In this document: piece by piece, positions 50,143 through 62,121 of the stretch | How the letters are laid out: each line of letters opens with the position of its first letter | Position numbering within the stretch: position 1 is the first letter of the stretch | Origin: Squalus acanthias | Taxonomy: Eukaryota | Length of the DNA: 64,000 bases | NCBI GenBank assembly: GCA_030390025.1 | Contig: CM059432.1 | Location: forward strand, 10,912,001-10,976,000 | Direction of reading: 5' to 3' | The notes under the pieces: generated by a model | What the model was told of the DNA's origin: nothing | The model's database searches: none | Seen by the model: only the letters and a program-made list of their open reading frames with translations | Position numbers and translations under genes: made by a program

Positions 50143-50244
50143 CATGATGCGGAGATGCTTTACCTGACGAAGGGGCGATAGCTCCGAAAGCTTGTAATTT
50201 TAAATAAATCTGTTGGACTATAACCTGGTGTTGTGCGACTTCTC
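50143..50244 (+). mobile_element. Minimal Penelope pLTR remnant (family 1)
   Basis: Inverted tail fragment, hammerhead and pLTR end; direct repeat TCAAATTATCTGAT at 50129-50142 and 50243-50256. Confidence 0.88.
50160..50197 (+). ncRNA. Minimal hammerhead ribozyme motif
   Basis: UUAC-CUGACGA-A-GGGGC(GAUA)GCUCC-GAAA-GCUU-GUAA. Confidence 0.75.
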
Positions 50245-50429
50245 AAATTATCTGATGCATTGAATGTTTCTGATCGCTAAATGCCCACTTTGATGCATTA
50301 TTGGATAATTCAAATATTTTAGCAAAAACTTAATTATCAGGAGTAGACTAATGAATATCTTTTTGTAATTATTCAATCTGCTCATAGTTTTTAACGCACC
50401 TGTGACAAACATTTGAAATATTGTAATCT

Positions 50430-50970
50430 GTATCCACCACCCTATCAGGCAGTGCATTCCAAATCCTAACCACTCGTTGCGTAAAAAAACAACAATTTGT
50501 ATTTATATAGCACCTTTAACGTAGTAAAATGTCCCAAGGCACTTCACAGGAGTGTCATAAGACAAAAAATTTGACAAGGAGTTTTTCCTCATGTCGCCTC
50601 TGGTTCTTTTGCCAAGTACCTTAAATCTGTGCCCTCTCGTTATCGACCCTTCGGCCATTGGAAACAGTTTCTCTTTACTTACTCTCTTTAACTCCTTCAT
50701 GATTTTGAACACCTCTATCGAATCTCCTCTGAGCCTACTCTGCTCCAAGGAGAACAACCCCAGCTTCTCTAGTCTATCCACGTAACTGTAATCCCTCATC
50801 CCTGGAATCATTCTAGTAAATCTCTTCTGTATCCTCTCCAAAGCCTTCACATCCTTCCTAAAGTGTGGTGCCCAGAATTGGACACAATGCTCCAGCTGGG
50901 GCCAAACTAGTGTTTTATACAGGTTTAGCATAACTTCCTGTCTTGTACTCTATGCCTCTATTTATAAAGT
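50430..50970 (-). mobile_element. CR1 fragment with an inserted L2 tail (~50488-50577)
   Basis: LYKTLVWPQLEHCVQFWAP...TRGHRFK. Confidence 0.82.
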
Positions 50971-51142
50971 CTTTAACAATTTGTATAAAAGTTGGTTTGT
51001 CACAAACGTGGAAAGTTACAATTGAAAATGGTATATCATTGCAGGAAAATGGCTATACATTAGAACACATTTCACAACCTTTCACTCTGCATTTATTGGA
51101 ACTAATCCTGAATTTGTAATCGTTTGCTTGTAAACCCACCAG

Positions 51143-51290
51143 GTTGACGCCACAAGGGAATCTGGGAACTGCCCTGCCACAAAACTAACAGATGAGGATT
51201 TGGGCACGAGACGATACAGTGACAGCCTAGCTAGTTTGTTAGAAGATGAAAAACTTTTGTCACTGGCAAGTTTGGAAGACCAGTCTACAG
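51143..51290 (+). CDS. CEP192: CEP192 coding exon 5
   Basis: VDATRESGNCP...YSDSLASLLEDEKLLSLASLEDQST; CAG/GT. Confidence 0.85.
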
Positions 51291-51574
51291 GTACAATGCA
51301 CAGTGATGTTATCCTGTTTCCCCAGTGAGTAACAATACTGTAGTTAAGCATAAAATGAACTTTGTGAAATACATTAGAATATGCATGAACCATTTAAAAA
51401 AAAAAGGCAGATGACCTTTGTGGGTTTAATATTGCCTTTTTTAAAGTTTGCAGTGTCTGAAGCAGTTTTTGTTCAGTGCAGCAGGATTTTTTTAACATGG
51501 CATGAACATTTCATAATTCAAAGGGAAAAAAGGGAATTATTACTCCTTTTGTACTTAATGCTGGAATATCTGAA

Positions 51575-51915
51575 TCTTAAAGCACAGAAGGAGGCCATTT
51601 GGCCCATCGTGTCTGTGCCCGCTCTTTGAAAGAGCTATCCAATTAGTCCCACTCCACTGCTCTTTCCTCACAGCCCTGGAATTTTCTCCCCTTCGGGTAT
51701 TTATCCAATTCCCTTTTGAAAGTTATTATTGAATCTGCTTCCACCACCCTTTCAGGCAGTGCATTCCAAATCATAACTCGCTAGGTAAAAAAATGTTCTC
51801 CTCATCTCACCTCTGGCTCTTCTGCCAATTGGCTTAAAACTGTGTCCCCTAGTTACCGACCCTTCTGCCAGTGGAAACAGTTTCACCTTAATTACTCTAT
51901 CAAAACGCTTCATGT
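51575..51915 (-). mobile_element. CR1 3' fragment
   Basis: 3'UTR GCACAGAAGGAGGCCATTTGGCCCATCG. Confidence 0.75.
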
Positions 51916-51992
51916 TATCGTTCAAGATGTTGACTGAAGGTTCAGATTTTTTTCACTTGCTCAAAAAATTAATAATGCTTCAATTTTAATAG

Positions 51993-52156
51993 ACGATGAG
52001 TTTGATGCTGAGGCATTTCGGGATGATAGACTGGAAGCTTATTTCAAACAGTTGGTACTGCCAGGAATGCAGAGGGGTCACATTGAAGGACAGGAACTCC
52101 CTGAAGTCCATGCTGCACTTCAAGTAACCAGTAGTACTTCAGCCAGATGGCACCAG
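51993..52156 (+). CDS. CEP192: CEP192 coding exon 6 (PLK4-binding acidic helix)
   Basis: DDEFDAEAFRDDRLEAYFKQLVLPGM, similar to human DDIDDEMFYDDHLEAYFEQLAIPGM; TAG/GTAAAG. Confidence 0.92.
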
Positions 52157-52574
52157 GTAAAGCTCAACAGTCATGCCAATACACCACACATCAATGCCTA
52201 CTGTTTCATCAAGTATAGCAGTACAAATAATATTTTAATTTGCTTGTCATGTACTCCAGATGCAACATTATAGCTCCCTTCTTTATTTGTGCTTGTGCGA
52301 ATCATCAGGAGCACCTCTCTCAGAAGAACGCGAGTTTTTCTGATTGTCATCATTTTCACTGGATGTTTTCTTCACCTTGGCTAAAGGTTTATATGGTGTA
52401 TGGGCCTAGAATTTCCTGAATTACATTTACGCAGTAATTCACGCCGGTTTCTGTGCCGATCTTGCCAACAAGAACTTGTGCCTAAATTTCCCGCGGTGCT
52501 CATTTGCCTACACCGGAATCTAAAAACTGGCATAATAAAAGTTCAAATTCACCAGTATTGTCTTGCATTCTAAT

Positions 52575-53350
52575 TTCTATGTTTGATAGGAATAGAAAAA
52601 CAGAATATTTTTTAAATGGTGAGAAACTTTCAAATGTTGGTGTTCAGAGAGATTTGGGTGTCCTCGTGCAAGAAACACAGAAAGCTAGCATGCAGATACA
52701 GCAAACAATAAGGCACATGGCATGCTGGCCTTTATTGCAAGGGGCTTGGAGTATAAGAGTAAGGAAGTCTTGCTACAATTGTACAGGGCCTTGGTGAGAC
52801 CACACCTGGAGTACTGTGCACAGTTCTGGTCTCCTTATCTAAGGAAGGATATACTTGCCTTGGAGGCAGTGCAACGAAGGTTCACTAGATTGATTCCTGG
52901 GATGAGAAGGCGGTCCTATGATGAGAGATTGTGTAGAGTGAGCCGATACTCTCTGGAGTTTAGAAGAATGAGAGGTGATCTCATTGAAACATACAAAATT
53001 CTGAAGGGGATTGACAGGGTAGATGCTGAGAGGTTGTTTCCCCTGGCTGGAGTGTCTAGAACTAGGGAGCATAGTCTCAGGATAAGGGGTCGGCCATTTA
53101 AGACTGTGATGAGGAGGAATTTCTTCACTCAGAGGGTTGTAAATCTTTGGAATTCTCTACCCCAGAGGGCTGTGAATGCTGAGTCTTTGAGTATATTCAA
53201 AACTGAGATAGATAGATTGTTGGACTCTAGGAGAATCAAGGGATATGGAGATCGGGCGGGAAAGTTGTGTTGAGGTCGATGATCAGCCATGATCTTACTG
53301 AATGGCGGAGCAGGCTCAAGGGGCCGTATGGCCTACTCCTGCTCTTATGG
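52575..53350 (+). mobile_element. CR1 3' portion
   Basis: 183-aa ORF with LVRPHLEYCAQFWSP...NLWNSLP. Confidence 0.92.
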
Positions 53351-54279
53351 CTGGACAGAGACTTAAATTAATGGTTGTTTAGTCATGTCCAATCAAAGTT
53401 GACGCACCTGTATGCTAACATTTTTACGTCATTGTATCTTTCTTTAAATAATCGAACTTGCTAATAAATTAAATTTTCTTCTTCACTGTTGGTCCTTGTT
53501 AAGTGTAACTAATTCAGAAAGTCCAAAATGTGAATTTTAAGAAAAACCAATTTGAAGTGAACTGTAGAGTGAATCGAATTGACTGAAGTCTGGCACCTGT
53601 GTTGCGAGGGACCTCAGGACGAGGCCGAGGAGGATCATCCACTCGGCACTTCTGGCTGAAGATGGTTGCGAACACTTTAGCTTTGTCTTTTGCTTAACCT
53701 CTGAATCCCGAGTATAAGTTGGCTGTCTATAGTAATAGACTCTTAACTGCCCTCTGAAATGGCCTAGCAAGCCACTCAGTTGTACCAAGCCGCTACGAAA
53801 AAAGACCTTCACCACACGGACTGCAGCGGTTTAAGGCGGCGGCTCACCACCACCTTCTCGAGGGCAATTAGGGATGGGCAATAAATGCTGGCCTTGCCAG
53901 TGACGCCCACATCATGTGAATGAATTTTTTTTTAAAGTTGCCATGTAACATCTAGCTGTCAAACCTAACTTCAGTTAGGCAGGTGGGACCCCTACTAACA
54001 TTGGGAGCTTGGTAAAGCCAGGATACACCCTTTTACATGGCATATTCTGGAATTTGTAGTAATTATTTCTGACCCGGTGCGTGAATCTCAGTTGACCCTT
54101 GTGCCGTAATTCTCCAGTTTGCATTTCTATAGTGTCGTTCACATCCCAGAGCACTTCACAGACAAGGAATTACTTTTGAAGTGTGGTCACAATTGTAATG
54201 TAAGCAAACACCTAGGGGTTAAGTGGCAGTAGTAGGTAACCATGTGTTGTACCTGATGTTTTGAATTTTAGAAATCAGA

Positions 54280-54850
54280 GAATCATAGAAATTTATGGCA
54301 CAGAATGAGGCCATTCGACCCATTGTGTCTGTGCCAGCTGGAAAAGAGCTACCCAACTGAATCCCACTTTCCAGCTCTTGGTCTGTAGCCTGGTAGGTTA
54401 CGGCATTCAAGTGCATATCCAAGTACTACTTCAATGTGATGAGGGTTTCTGCCTCTACCACACTTTCAGGCAGAGTTTTCCAGACCCCCACCACCCTCTG
54501 AGTGAAAAAAGTTCTCCTCAACTCCCCTCTGATCCTTCGACCAATGACTTTAAATCTATGCCCCCTGGTTATTGACCTCTCTGCTAAGGGAAATAGGTCC
54601 TTCCTATCCACTCTCTCTCGGCCCCTCATAATTTTATTCACCTCAATCAAGTCTCCCCTCAGCCTCCTCTGTGCTCAAGAAACCAACCCCAGCCTATCCA
54701 ATCTTTCCTCACAACTAAAATTCTTCAGTCCTGGCAACATCCTCGTAAATCTCCTCTGCACCCTCTCTAGTGAAATCACATCTTTTCTGTAATGTGGTGA
54801 TCAGAACTGTAGGCAGTACTCTCGCTGTGGACTAACTAGTGTTTTATATG
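54280..54850 (-). mobile_element. CR1 3' portion
   Basis: DRKDLFPLAERSITRGHRFK. Confidence 0.88.
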
Positions 54851-55447
54851 TCAGCTAAGTTGTCCTTGATTTGCAACTCATTAATCCTTGCACATTTTAC
54901 GTGCAAAACCAATTGATTTTAAGGAGCTGAGATCAACATAGTTACACAATCCCTGCCCATTTTGCATGAAGTTTGCAAGGTTGCAATGCATAAAGATTCA
55001 CAAATTGCACTTCAATGGAATTAGAAGATAACAATTAGACTTTATAGTCTTAAAAGGAGACACACCTGCACTTTACATGGTGTTATGTTCCTGATCTTAT
55101 TAAAAGCACATCCTCTGATATGGGAGATTTGTAATAGATTACATAGATATTTATTCTGGCATGCTTTGGTACTGCATTCCTTTTGACAAGGTGTTCTTCA
55201 AATCAGTCCACTCCATTGTGCGGTGATCCTGTAAACTTTTAGAAGTGTGTTATGTATTGGTTCCGTTGCTAATTATTTTGTGTGTGTGTGTGTGAGGATT
55301 CTTTAGAATCCAGACCTGTGACATAAATTGCTTCCATCTTGCTTGTGAAAGGATCTGTGATTTAAAAAAAAAGCATTTTCTTTGCACATAAAGGAAATTA
55401 GAAAAGATTTCAAAAGAAGAATTCTAGATCTATCTTTACTGTTTTAG

Positions 55448-55525
55448 GGAGTCACTGAACATGAATTGGATTCCAATTTGGAGAAATTAGACAAAGTTCC
55501 TTTGCAGCCACTGGATTATGATGAG
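55448..55525 (+). CDS. CEP192: CEP192 coding exon 7
   Basis: GVTEHELDSNLEKLDKVPLQPLDYDE; TAG/GTAGG; 78 bp, symmetric phase 0. Confidence 0.72.
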
Positions 55526-56180
55526 GTAGGAAATGTCTCTGTTCAGCCAGGTGTTTAAATCTCTCTGTCTGTCCATGCTGCTAATTTTGAAATTAACTTT
55601 TTACCTAGTAAACTAAAACTGTTGATATTTCAAAGTAATTATTTAATATCTTATCACGGGTAAGATTAATATACAGACATGTGGCCCAGAACAGCATTAG
55701 CAAGTGGAATAAATTCTGTGTTCCACAAGTGAGAGCAGCTTAAATAGAAATCCCACATACAGTTTTTAACTATATTGTCATTTTCACTGCAGTGGTTGCA
55801 CCTAGCACTCTGTTCTGCTGTAAGTATTCTGGGGTATCGTTGGTGCAAATTTGAAAAAAAAACCTTACTGGCGATGTGCAGTTAACTAACAAATTCTTGT
55901 ACTTCACAATTAAATTAAAACCTCTTGGGGTCTGTTCTTAATGAACACCTTTGTGTTTTGCATCTTGGACCACTTGGTTTTCTTCCCAAAATGTATTACC
56001 TCGCCCTTGGCCACAGTACATTGCATCTTCCAATTATCTACTCATTCCAGTAACTTGTCTGCCTTCCTAAAGTCTCTTAATTCTCTTGTTTGTATGTGAA
56101 AAGGAACAATATTATGACATATAAAAATAATTTAAAAAAAAATTATTTGGCAATTTGAAAGGTTGTTTGCAATGTTGTAG

Positions 56181-56333
56181 GATAACTTTCAGATGCCTCC
56201 TGTTCGACAAGCAGCCACTGGAATGGATTCTGCACCATCAAGTGGTGAGGATTCAGAAGATGAATTGGAGGCTGTCCAGCAGCAGAGTGCTTTGCAAAGA
56301 CAGTTGCTGTTGTCTAGTGCAACAAGGCAGTTG
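56181..56333 (+). CDS. CEP192: CEP192 coding exon 8
   Basis: DNFQMPPVRQAATGMDSAPSSGEDSEDELE...ATRQL; TAG/GTATGT; 153 bp. Confidence 0.8.
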
Positions 56334-57173
56334 GTATGTATGTTCTGTTAGACTTCTAATAAAACTTGATTTCTAGATTTGTTATAGTGTGGAAAAATGA
56401 AACTATTTGAAGATGTTTTTGCGCACATCTCTGTAGCTACTTCATGTTTGAAGTTGCAAAAATTGAACTGGTCATGATTAATCATTATTGCATTGGCTTC
56501 TGTGCGTCAGCAGTGAGCATACTTATTTGTCAGCAGCCGTTGAATTCTGTGATTTTACGCAAGACTGGGAGTGACCCTGTCAATCTATAGCTTTAGGGCT
56601 TTTGATTGGCTGGCTGAAAAAAATAACTTTTGGGGCCAGCGACGATGAAGGATCCCATTTTAATAAGTTGCCAATTCCAAAATGTTAGGCGCAGGAAGTC
56701 AGAATCAATTAGATATGAAAGAGTGCAATAATGAGAATATAGGGGAAATAAAGACGAGGCAGCCAGAACTATATTTGAAAAAATTATTTCTGTTTGAATT
56801 TATTTAAGTGTAGGGTTGGTACAATTAATAAAACCCCTTCTGACATTTGAGTAAAAAATGAGAAGTCGCACAACACCAGGTTATAGTCCAACAGATTTAT
56901 TTAAAATTACAAGCTTTCGGAGCTGTCGCCCCTTCCTCAGGTAGAGTAGCTGTGAGAGAATCTCCCAGAATTCACAATATAAACACAGAAAAAATGTATT
57001 CAAATCTTTCCCTACATCAAAGACACACTAAGAGCACAGCCAAGACAATGAGATGTGTCCCAGGGGGTCCAACGTGTCAAAACACCTGCTGGCTGCATAT
57101 CCTCTGCAGTTGAGTTTGGTTCTTGTGTTAGTTTTTTTTTTAAAAAGCTGGAAAGACCGGCCATGATGTCAAG

Positions 57174-58745
57174 TCACGTTCTGTATCGTGACATGAACCC
57201 GATATCGCGATTGAGGCCATCCTCATGAGTGTGGAACTTGGCTATCAGTTTCTGCTCTATGATTTTGCGCTGTCGTGTATCCCGAAGGCCGCCTTGGAGA
57301 ACGCTTACCCGCAGATCCGAGGCTGAATGCCCCTGACTGCTGAAGTGTTCCCCGACTGGGAGGCAACCCTCCTGCCTGGCGATTGTTGCGCGGTGTCCGT
57401 TCATACGTTGTCTCAGTGTCTGCATGGTCTCGCCGATGTACCATGCTCTGGGGCATCCTTTACTGCAACGTATCAGGTAGACAACGTTGGCCGAGTCACA
57501 TGAGTATGTACCATGTACCTGGTGGGTAGTGTCCTCACGTGTGATGATGGTATCTGTGTCCATGATCTGGCATGTCTTGCAGAGGTTGCCGTGGCAGGGT
57601 TGTCTGGTGTCGTGGTTGCTGTTCTCCTGAAAGATGGGTAATCTGCTGCGAACGATGGTACTTTTGAGGTTAGGCGGCTGCTTGAAGGCGAGTAGTGGAG
57701 GCGTGGGGATGGCCTTAGCAAGGTGTTCGTCGTCATCGATGACATGTTGAAGGCTGCGAAGAACATGGCGTAGTTTTTCAGCTCCGGGGAAGTACTGGAC
57801 GACGTAGGGTACTCTGTTGGTTGTGTCCCGTGTTCGTCTTCTGAGGAGGTCTATGCGGTTTTTCGCTGTGGCCCGTCGGAACTGTCGATCGACGAGTCGA
57901 GCGTCATATCCCGTTCTTACGAGGGCGTCTTTCAGTGTCCGTAGGTGTCCATCGCGTTCCTCCTCTGAGCAGATCCTGTGTATTCGCAGGGCTTGTCCAT
58001 AGGGGATGGCTTCTTTAACGTGGTTAGGGTGGAAGCTGGAGAAGTGGAGCATCGTGAGGTTGTCCGTGGGCTTGCGGTAGAGTGAAGTGCTGAGGCGTCC
58101 GTCTTTGATGGAGATTCGTGTGTCCAAGAATGAAACCGATTCTGAGGAGTAGTCCATGGTGAGTTTGATGGTGGGATGGAACCTGTTGATGCTATCGTGT
58201 AGTCCTTTCAGTGATCCTTCGCCGTGGGTCCAAAGGAAGAAGATGTCGTCGATGTATCTGGTGTACAGCGTTGGTTGGAGGTCCTGTGCAGCGAAGAAGT
58301 CTTGCTCGAACTTGTGCATGAAGATGTTGGCGTATTGGGGTGCGAATTTGGTCCCCATGGCTGTTCCGTGTGTTTGGGTAAAAAAATGGTTGTCGAAGGT
58401 GAAGACATTGTGGTCAAGGATGAAGCGGATGAGTTGTAGGATGGCGTCCGGAGATTGGCTGTTGTTGGTGTTGAGTACTGAGGCTGTCGCAGCGATGCCG
58501 TCATTGTGGGGGATATTGGTGTAGAGTGCCGATACGTCCATCGTGACGAGGAGTGTTCCTGGTTCAACTGGTCCATGGGTGCTGAGTTTCTGCAAGAAGT
58601 CTGTAGTGTCGCGACAGAAGCTGGGGGTTCCCTGTACGATGGGTTTCAGGATGCCCTCGACGTACCCAGAGAGGTTCTCACACAGGGTTCCGTTGCCGGA
58701 TATGCAGCCAGCAGGTGTTTTGACACGTTGGACCCCCTGGGACAC
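57174..58745 (-). CDS. Penelope-like RT plus GIY-YIG endonuclease ORF (N-terminally truncated, otherwise uninterrupted)
   Basis: 523-aa open frame; about the first 15 residues come from the inverted pLTR. Confidence 0.85.
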   Translation of the reverse strand: MSQGVQRVKTPAGCISGNGTLCENLSGYVEGILKPIVQGTPSFCRDTTDFLQKLSTHGPVEPGTLLVTMDVSALYTNIPHNDGIAATASVLNTNNSQSPDAILQLIRFILDHNVFTFDNHFFTQTHGTAMGTKFAPQYANIFMHKFEQDFFAAQDLQPTLYTRYIDDIFFLWTHGEGSLKGLHDSINRFHPTIKLTMDYSSESVSFLDTRISIKDGRLSTSLYRKPTDNLTMLHFSSFHPNHVKEAIPYGQALRIHRICSEEERDGHLRTLKDALVRTGYDARLVDRQFRRATAKNRIDLLRRRTRDTTNRVPYVVQYFPGAEKLRHVLRSLQHVIDDDEHLAKAIPTPPLLAFKQPPNLKSTIVRSRLPIFQENSNHDTRQPCHGNLCKTCQIMDTDTIITREDTTHQVHGTYSCDSANVVYLIRCSKGCPRAWYIGETMQTLRQRMNGHRATIARQEGCLPVGEHFSSQGHSASDLRVSVLQGGLRDTRQRKIIEQKLIAKFHTHEDGLNRDIGFMSRYRT

Positions 58746-58856
58746 ATCTCATTGTCTTGGCTGTGCTCTTAGTGTGTCTTTGATGTAGGGAAAGATTTGA
58801 ATACATTTTTTCTGTGTTTATATTGTGAATTCTGGGAGATTCTCTCACAGCTACTC

Positions 58857-58893
58857 TACCTGAGGAAGGGGCGACAGCTCCGAAAGCTTGTAA
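58857..58893 (+). ncRNA. Minimal type I hammerhead ribozyme motif (mirror copy on minus strand, 56907-56943)
   Basis: UAC-CUGAGGA-A-GGGGC(GACA)GCUCC-GAAA-GCUU-GUA. Confidence 0.75.
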
Positions 58894-59949
58894 TTTTAAA
58901 TAAATCTGTTGGACTATAACCTGGTGTTGTGCGACTTCTCATTTTTGTCCACCCCAGTCCAACGCCGGCATCTCCACATCATGACATTTGAGTAGACTGC
59001 CTTCAAATAAAAAGTGACAATGGGAAGATGGTCTTTGCCTTGAGTCTGCCTGCAGTCTTAAGAATTAAATTCAACGTAGTGAGTCACGTGCCAATTGGTT
59101 TTAGTGTTGTCTTAAATTTCCATTGGACAAATTAATGCTGCCAATGGTTTATTAAGCTTACCCAGTAAATAGCAAAGCATACAGCTCAGGAAGGACCCAG
59201 TTTTGATCTCTAGTCTTTGCTGTGTTAGCTCAGCAGTGGTATCGTGCTACAATTGGCACCACGTCCCCTGAGTTAAGGATGTGGAAAATTGGCCGGGTTT
59301 CCGAATTGAAATTGCTATCCAGAGGTCTCTGCTGCAATTGGGCATATTTGGGCATCAAGTGAAAACCGTCTTGGATCTGGCTGTTTAGCAACAGCCTGCT
59401 TTTGTTCACTGTCAAGAATTGTCTGCGTCACCCCACTCCCCTTTCAGAAGAGAAAAATGAACATAAAAACAAGTCTGAATCTTGCATACCAATCCCAGTA
59501 CTGTATATTGTGTAAAATTAAATGAGGCGTAGTTCAATATTAATTCAGATTAATCTTGCACAATACATTTTCTCTGTCATAATTGATGTATCTTAACATG
59601 GGAGGATTTCTCCACCTTCTCTTGAAGGTGACGATTCATGTTAAGGTACAGTTTAACAAGTGCTGCCAGCCTGGTTATCTTCTTGTGTGAGCCTAGATGG
59701 TAAGTACTGATGGGTTATTTAACTGGAAGATGTCATAGATGAGCATAATCCTGTCCTTACCTGGTGTCTATACAGATGTATTGCTGCCCTGGCTGAGGTA
59801 AGTTACCTTAACATAAAATGAGGATTGAATATGAATGTTTTCATTTACATATTCCAATAATACAGCAAGCAGTGCATTTGCTTCCGAAACAATCTAGGAA
59901 TTTTCAAAATACTAATTGTCAACTTACTATCTGTTGATTTGCAATGCAG

Positions 59950-60097
59950 CTTGGGGAGAGTAATCATCCCAGCTTTAGGCCAGGATTGGAAGGTGGTAGC
60001 TCTGATGAGTCCATTGGACCACTTGATGAACTGAATGACACTGGATTTGAATTCAGAAGATCAGCAGAGGGTCAGGTCATAAGCTCACCAGTTGTAG
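59950..60097 (+). CDS. CEP192: CEP192 coding exon 9
   Basis: LGESNHPSFRPGLEGGSSDE...SSPVV; CAG/GTAAG; 148 bp. Confidence 0.8.
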
Positions 60098-60631
60098 GTA
60101 AGCACATTATTTATTATTGCAAATAACATTGCTGTTGACAGCATTTTTTAACCATACTCAATTTTCATACAATGATGGTGCTTAGTTATAGCTGAGGGAG
60201 CCTTATTTTGAGCATGTTTTGATTCTTTATCCCTCCTTTCTGTTGAAAGCTGGTCTCCAGTTGTCATTCTTGTTTTAACACATGTTTCTATAACAATTTT
60301 ATAGGGGGGTTTTTGCAGTTAATTTCTGCTTCACTGTTTTTGGAGAGTTTCCGCTTTAATTTGAAGAATTTTAGGTTTTTTTTTGCAGTACACACCTTAA
60401 TCTTGTGACTAGCTGGCTAGTCAGAGATTTTTATTTTTCAGATGAATTCTAACATTTTTGAGATTTCTTTGAAAAAAACTTGATGCAAGGCTCAATGTCA
60501 TAGGCTGGATCATTGGCGAGTTAGTTTGTTTCGTTGAACTAAGCGATGTTTGGAAATCTTGGGCTCCAGCTACACACAGGATTTTTCTATTCTATTCCGA
60601 GGTCAAATTGGGAAGCAAGTGTTTATTAGTA

Positions 60632-62121
60632 GAAATAACAGAAAACGCTGGAAAAACTCAGCAGGCGAGGCAGCATCCGTGGAGAGAGAAACAGAGTTAA
60701 CGTTTCAGGTCGAAGACCTTTCATCAGAACTGGAGACAGCAGCAAATCAAATAGATTTAAAGCAAGGATAGAGCTGGGAAAAGGGGGAGGGGATAAAAGA
60801 ACAAAAGGAGAGATTAAGAGACATTCAAGGCAAGAGGTGGTGTTGATGTGACAGGTTAAGGCTGAAAGAAGTGTGAAATGCACTGGCAGAATGAAGGACA
60901 GCTGCCAGCTTCTAGGAGGAAAAAAAAAAGGTGGGGGTGGGGGGGGAAATAAAAGGGTGGATGAGAAAATAAAATATAAATGTGATGGGGCTAAGGTTAT
61001 GATCTAAAATTGTTGAACTCGATATTGAGTCCAGAGGGCTGTAGCGTGCCTAAACGAAAGATGAGGTGCTGTTCCTCGAGCTTACGCTGCGCTTCCGTGG
61101 AACAGTGTAATAGGCCGAGGACGGTGAGGTCAGAGTGGGAGTGGAGCGGAGAATTAAAGTGACAGGCGACCGGGAGCTCGGGGTCCCCCTTACGGACTGA
61201 ACGGAGGTGTTCCGCAAAGCGGTCACCCAATCTGCGTTTGGTCTCCCCAATGGAGAGGAGACCACATCGTGAGCAGCGAATACAGTATACTAAATTGCAG
61301 GAAGTACAAGTAAATTGCTGTTTCACCTTATACCCTTATACCTCCCCTCTTCCCACTGTCCAGGGCCCCAAACACCCCTTCCAGGTGAAACAGCGATTTA
61401 CTTGTACTTCCTGCAATTTAGTATACTGTATTCGCTGCTCACGATGTGGTCTCCTCTACATTGGGGAGACCAAACGCAGATTGGGTGACCGCTTTGCGGA
61501 ACACCTCCGTTCAGTCCGTAAGGGGGACCCCGAGCTCCCGGTCGCCTGTCACTTTAATTCTCCGCTCCACTCCCACTCTGACCTCACCGTCCTCGGCCTA
61601 TTACACTGTTCCACGGAAGTGCAGCGTAAGCTCGAGGAACAGCACCTCATCTTTCGTTTAGGCACGCTACAGCCCTCTGGACTCAATATCGAGTTCAACA
61701 ATTTTAGATCATAACCTTAGCCCCATCACATTTATATTTTATTTTCTCATCCACCCTTTTATTTCCCCCCTCCCACCTTTTTTTTTTCCTCCTAGAAGCT
61801 GGCAGCTGTCCTTCATTCTGCCAGTGCATTTCACACTTCTTTCAGCCTTAACCTGTCACATCAACACCACCTCTTGCCTTGAATATCTCTTAATGTCTCT
61901 TAATCTCTCCTTTTGTTCTTTTATCCCCTCCCACTTTTCCCAGCTCTATCCTTGCTTTAAATCTATTTGATTTCCTGCTGTCTCCAGTTCTGATGAAAGG
62001 TCTTCGACCTGAAACGTTAACTCTGTTTCTCTCTCCACGGATGCTGCCTCGCCTGCTGAGTTTTTCCAGCGTTTTCTGTTATTTCGGATTTCCAGCATCT
62101 GCAGTATTTTGCTATCGTATT
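60632..62121. mobile_element. Second-family Penelope-like fold-back element (inverted GIY-YIG 3' ends)
   Basis: Arms 60632-61328 and 61383-62085 both encode NLVYCIRCSRCGLL(Y/S)IGETKRRLGDRFAEH; 36-bp unpaired tail; flanking direct repeat AGTGTTTATTAGTA(G). Confidence 0.93.
61986..62022 (+). ncRNA. Minimal hammerhead ribozyme motif, family 2 (mirror copy ~60694-60730, minus strand)
   Basis: AGUU-CUGAUGA-A-AGGU(CUUCG)ACCU-GAAA-CGUU-AACU. Confidence 0.75.

Larger units (their letters stand above)
56854..58981 (-). mobile_element. Penelope-like (Neptune-type) retroelement, 5'-truncated, with 249-bp inverted pseudo-LTRs
   Basis: ORF 57174-58745: RT (MDVSALYTNI, GTAMGT, YTRYIDD), Cys-rich linker, GIY-YIG (VVYLIRC...WYIGET); inverted repeats 56854-57102 and 58698-58946; flanking direct repeat TGACATTTGAGTA. 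Confidence 0.95.

Noticed and set aside
57174..58745. Bacterial-type RT-nuclease system (retron, group II intron) or domesticated gene
   Set aside because: RT plus C-terminal GIY-YIG, pLTRs, tail and TSD fit a Penelope-like element; the N-terminus is truncated
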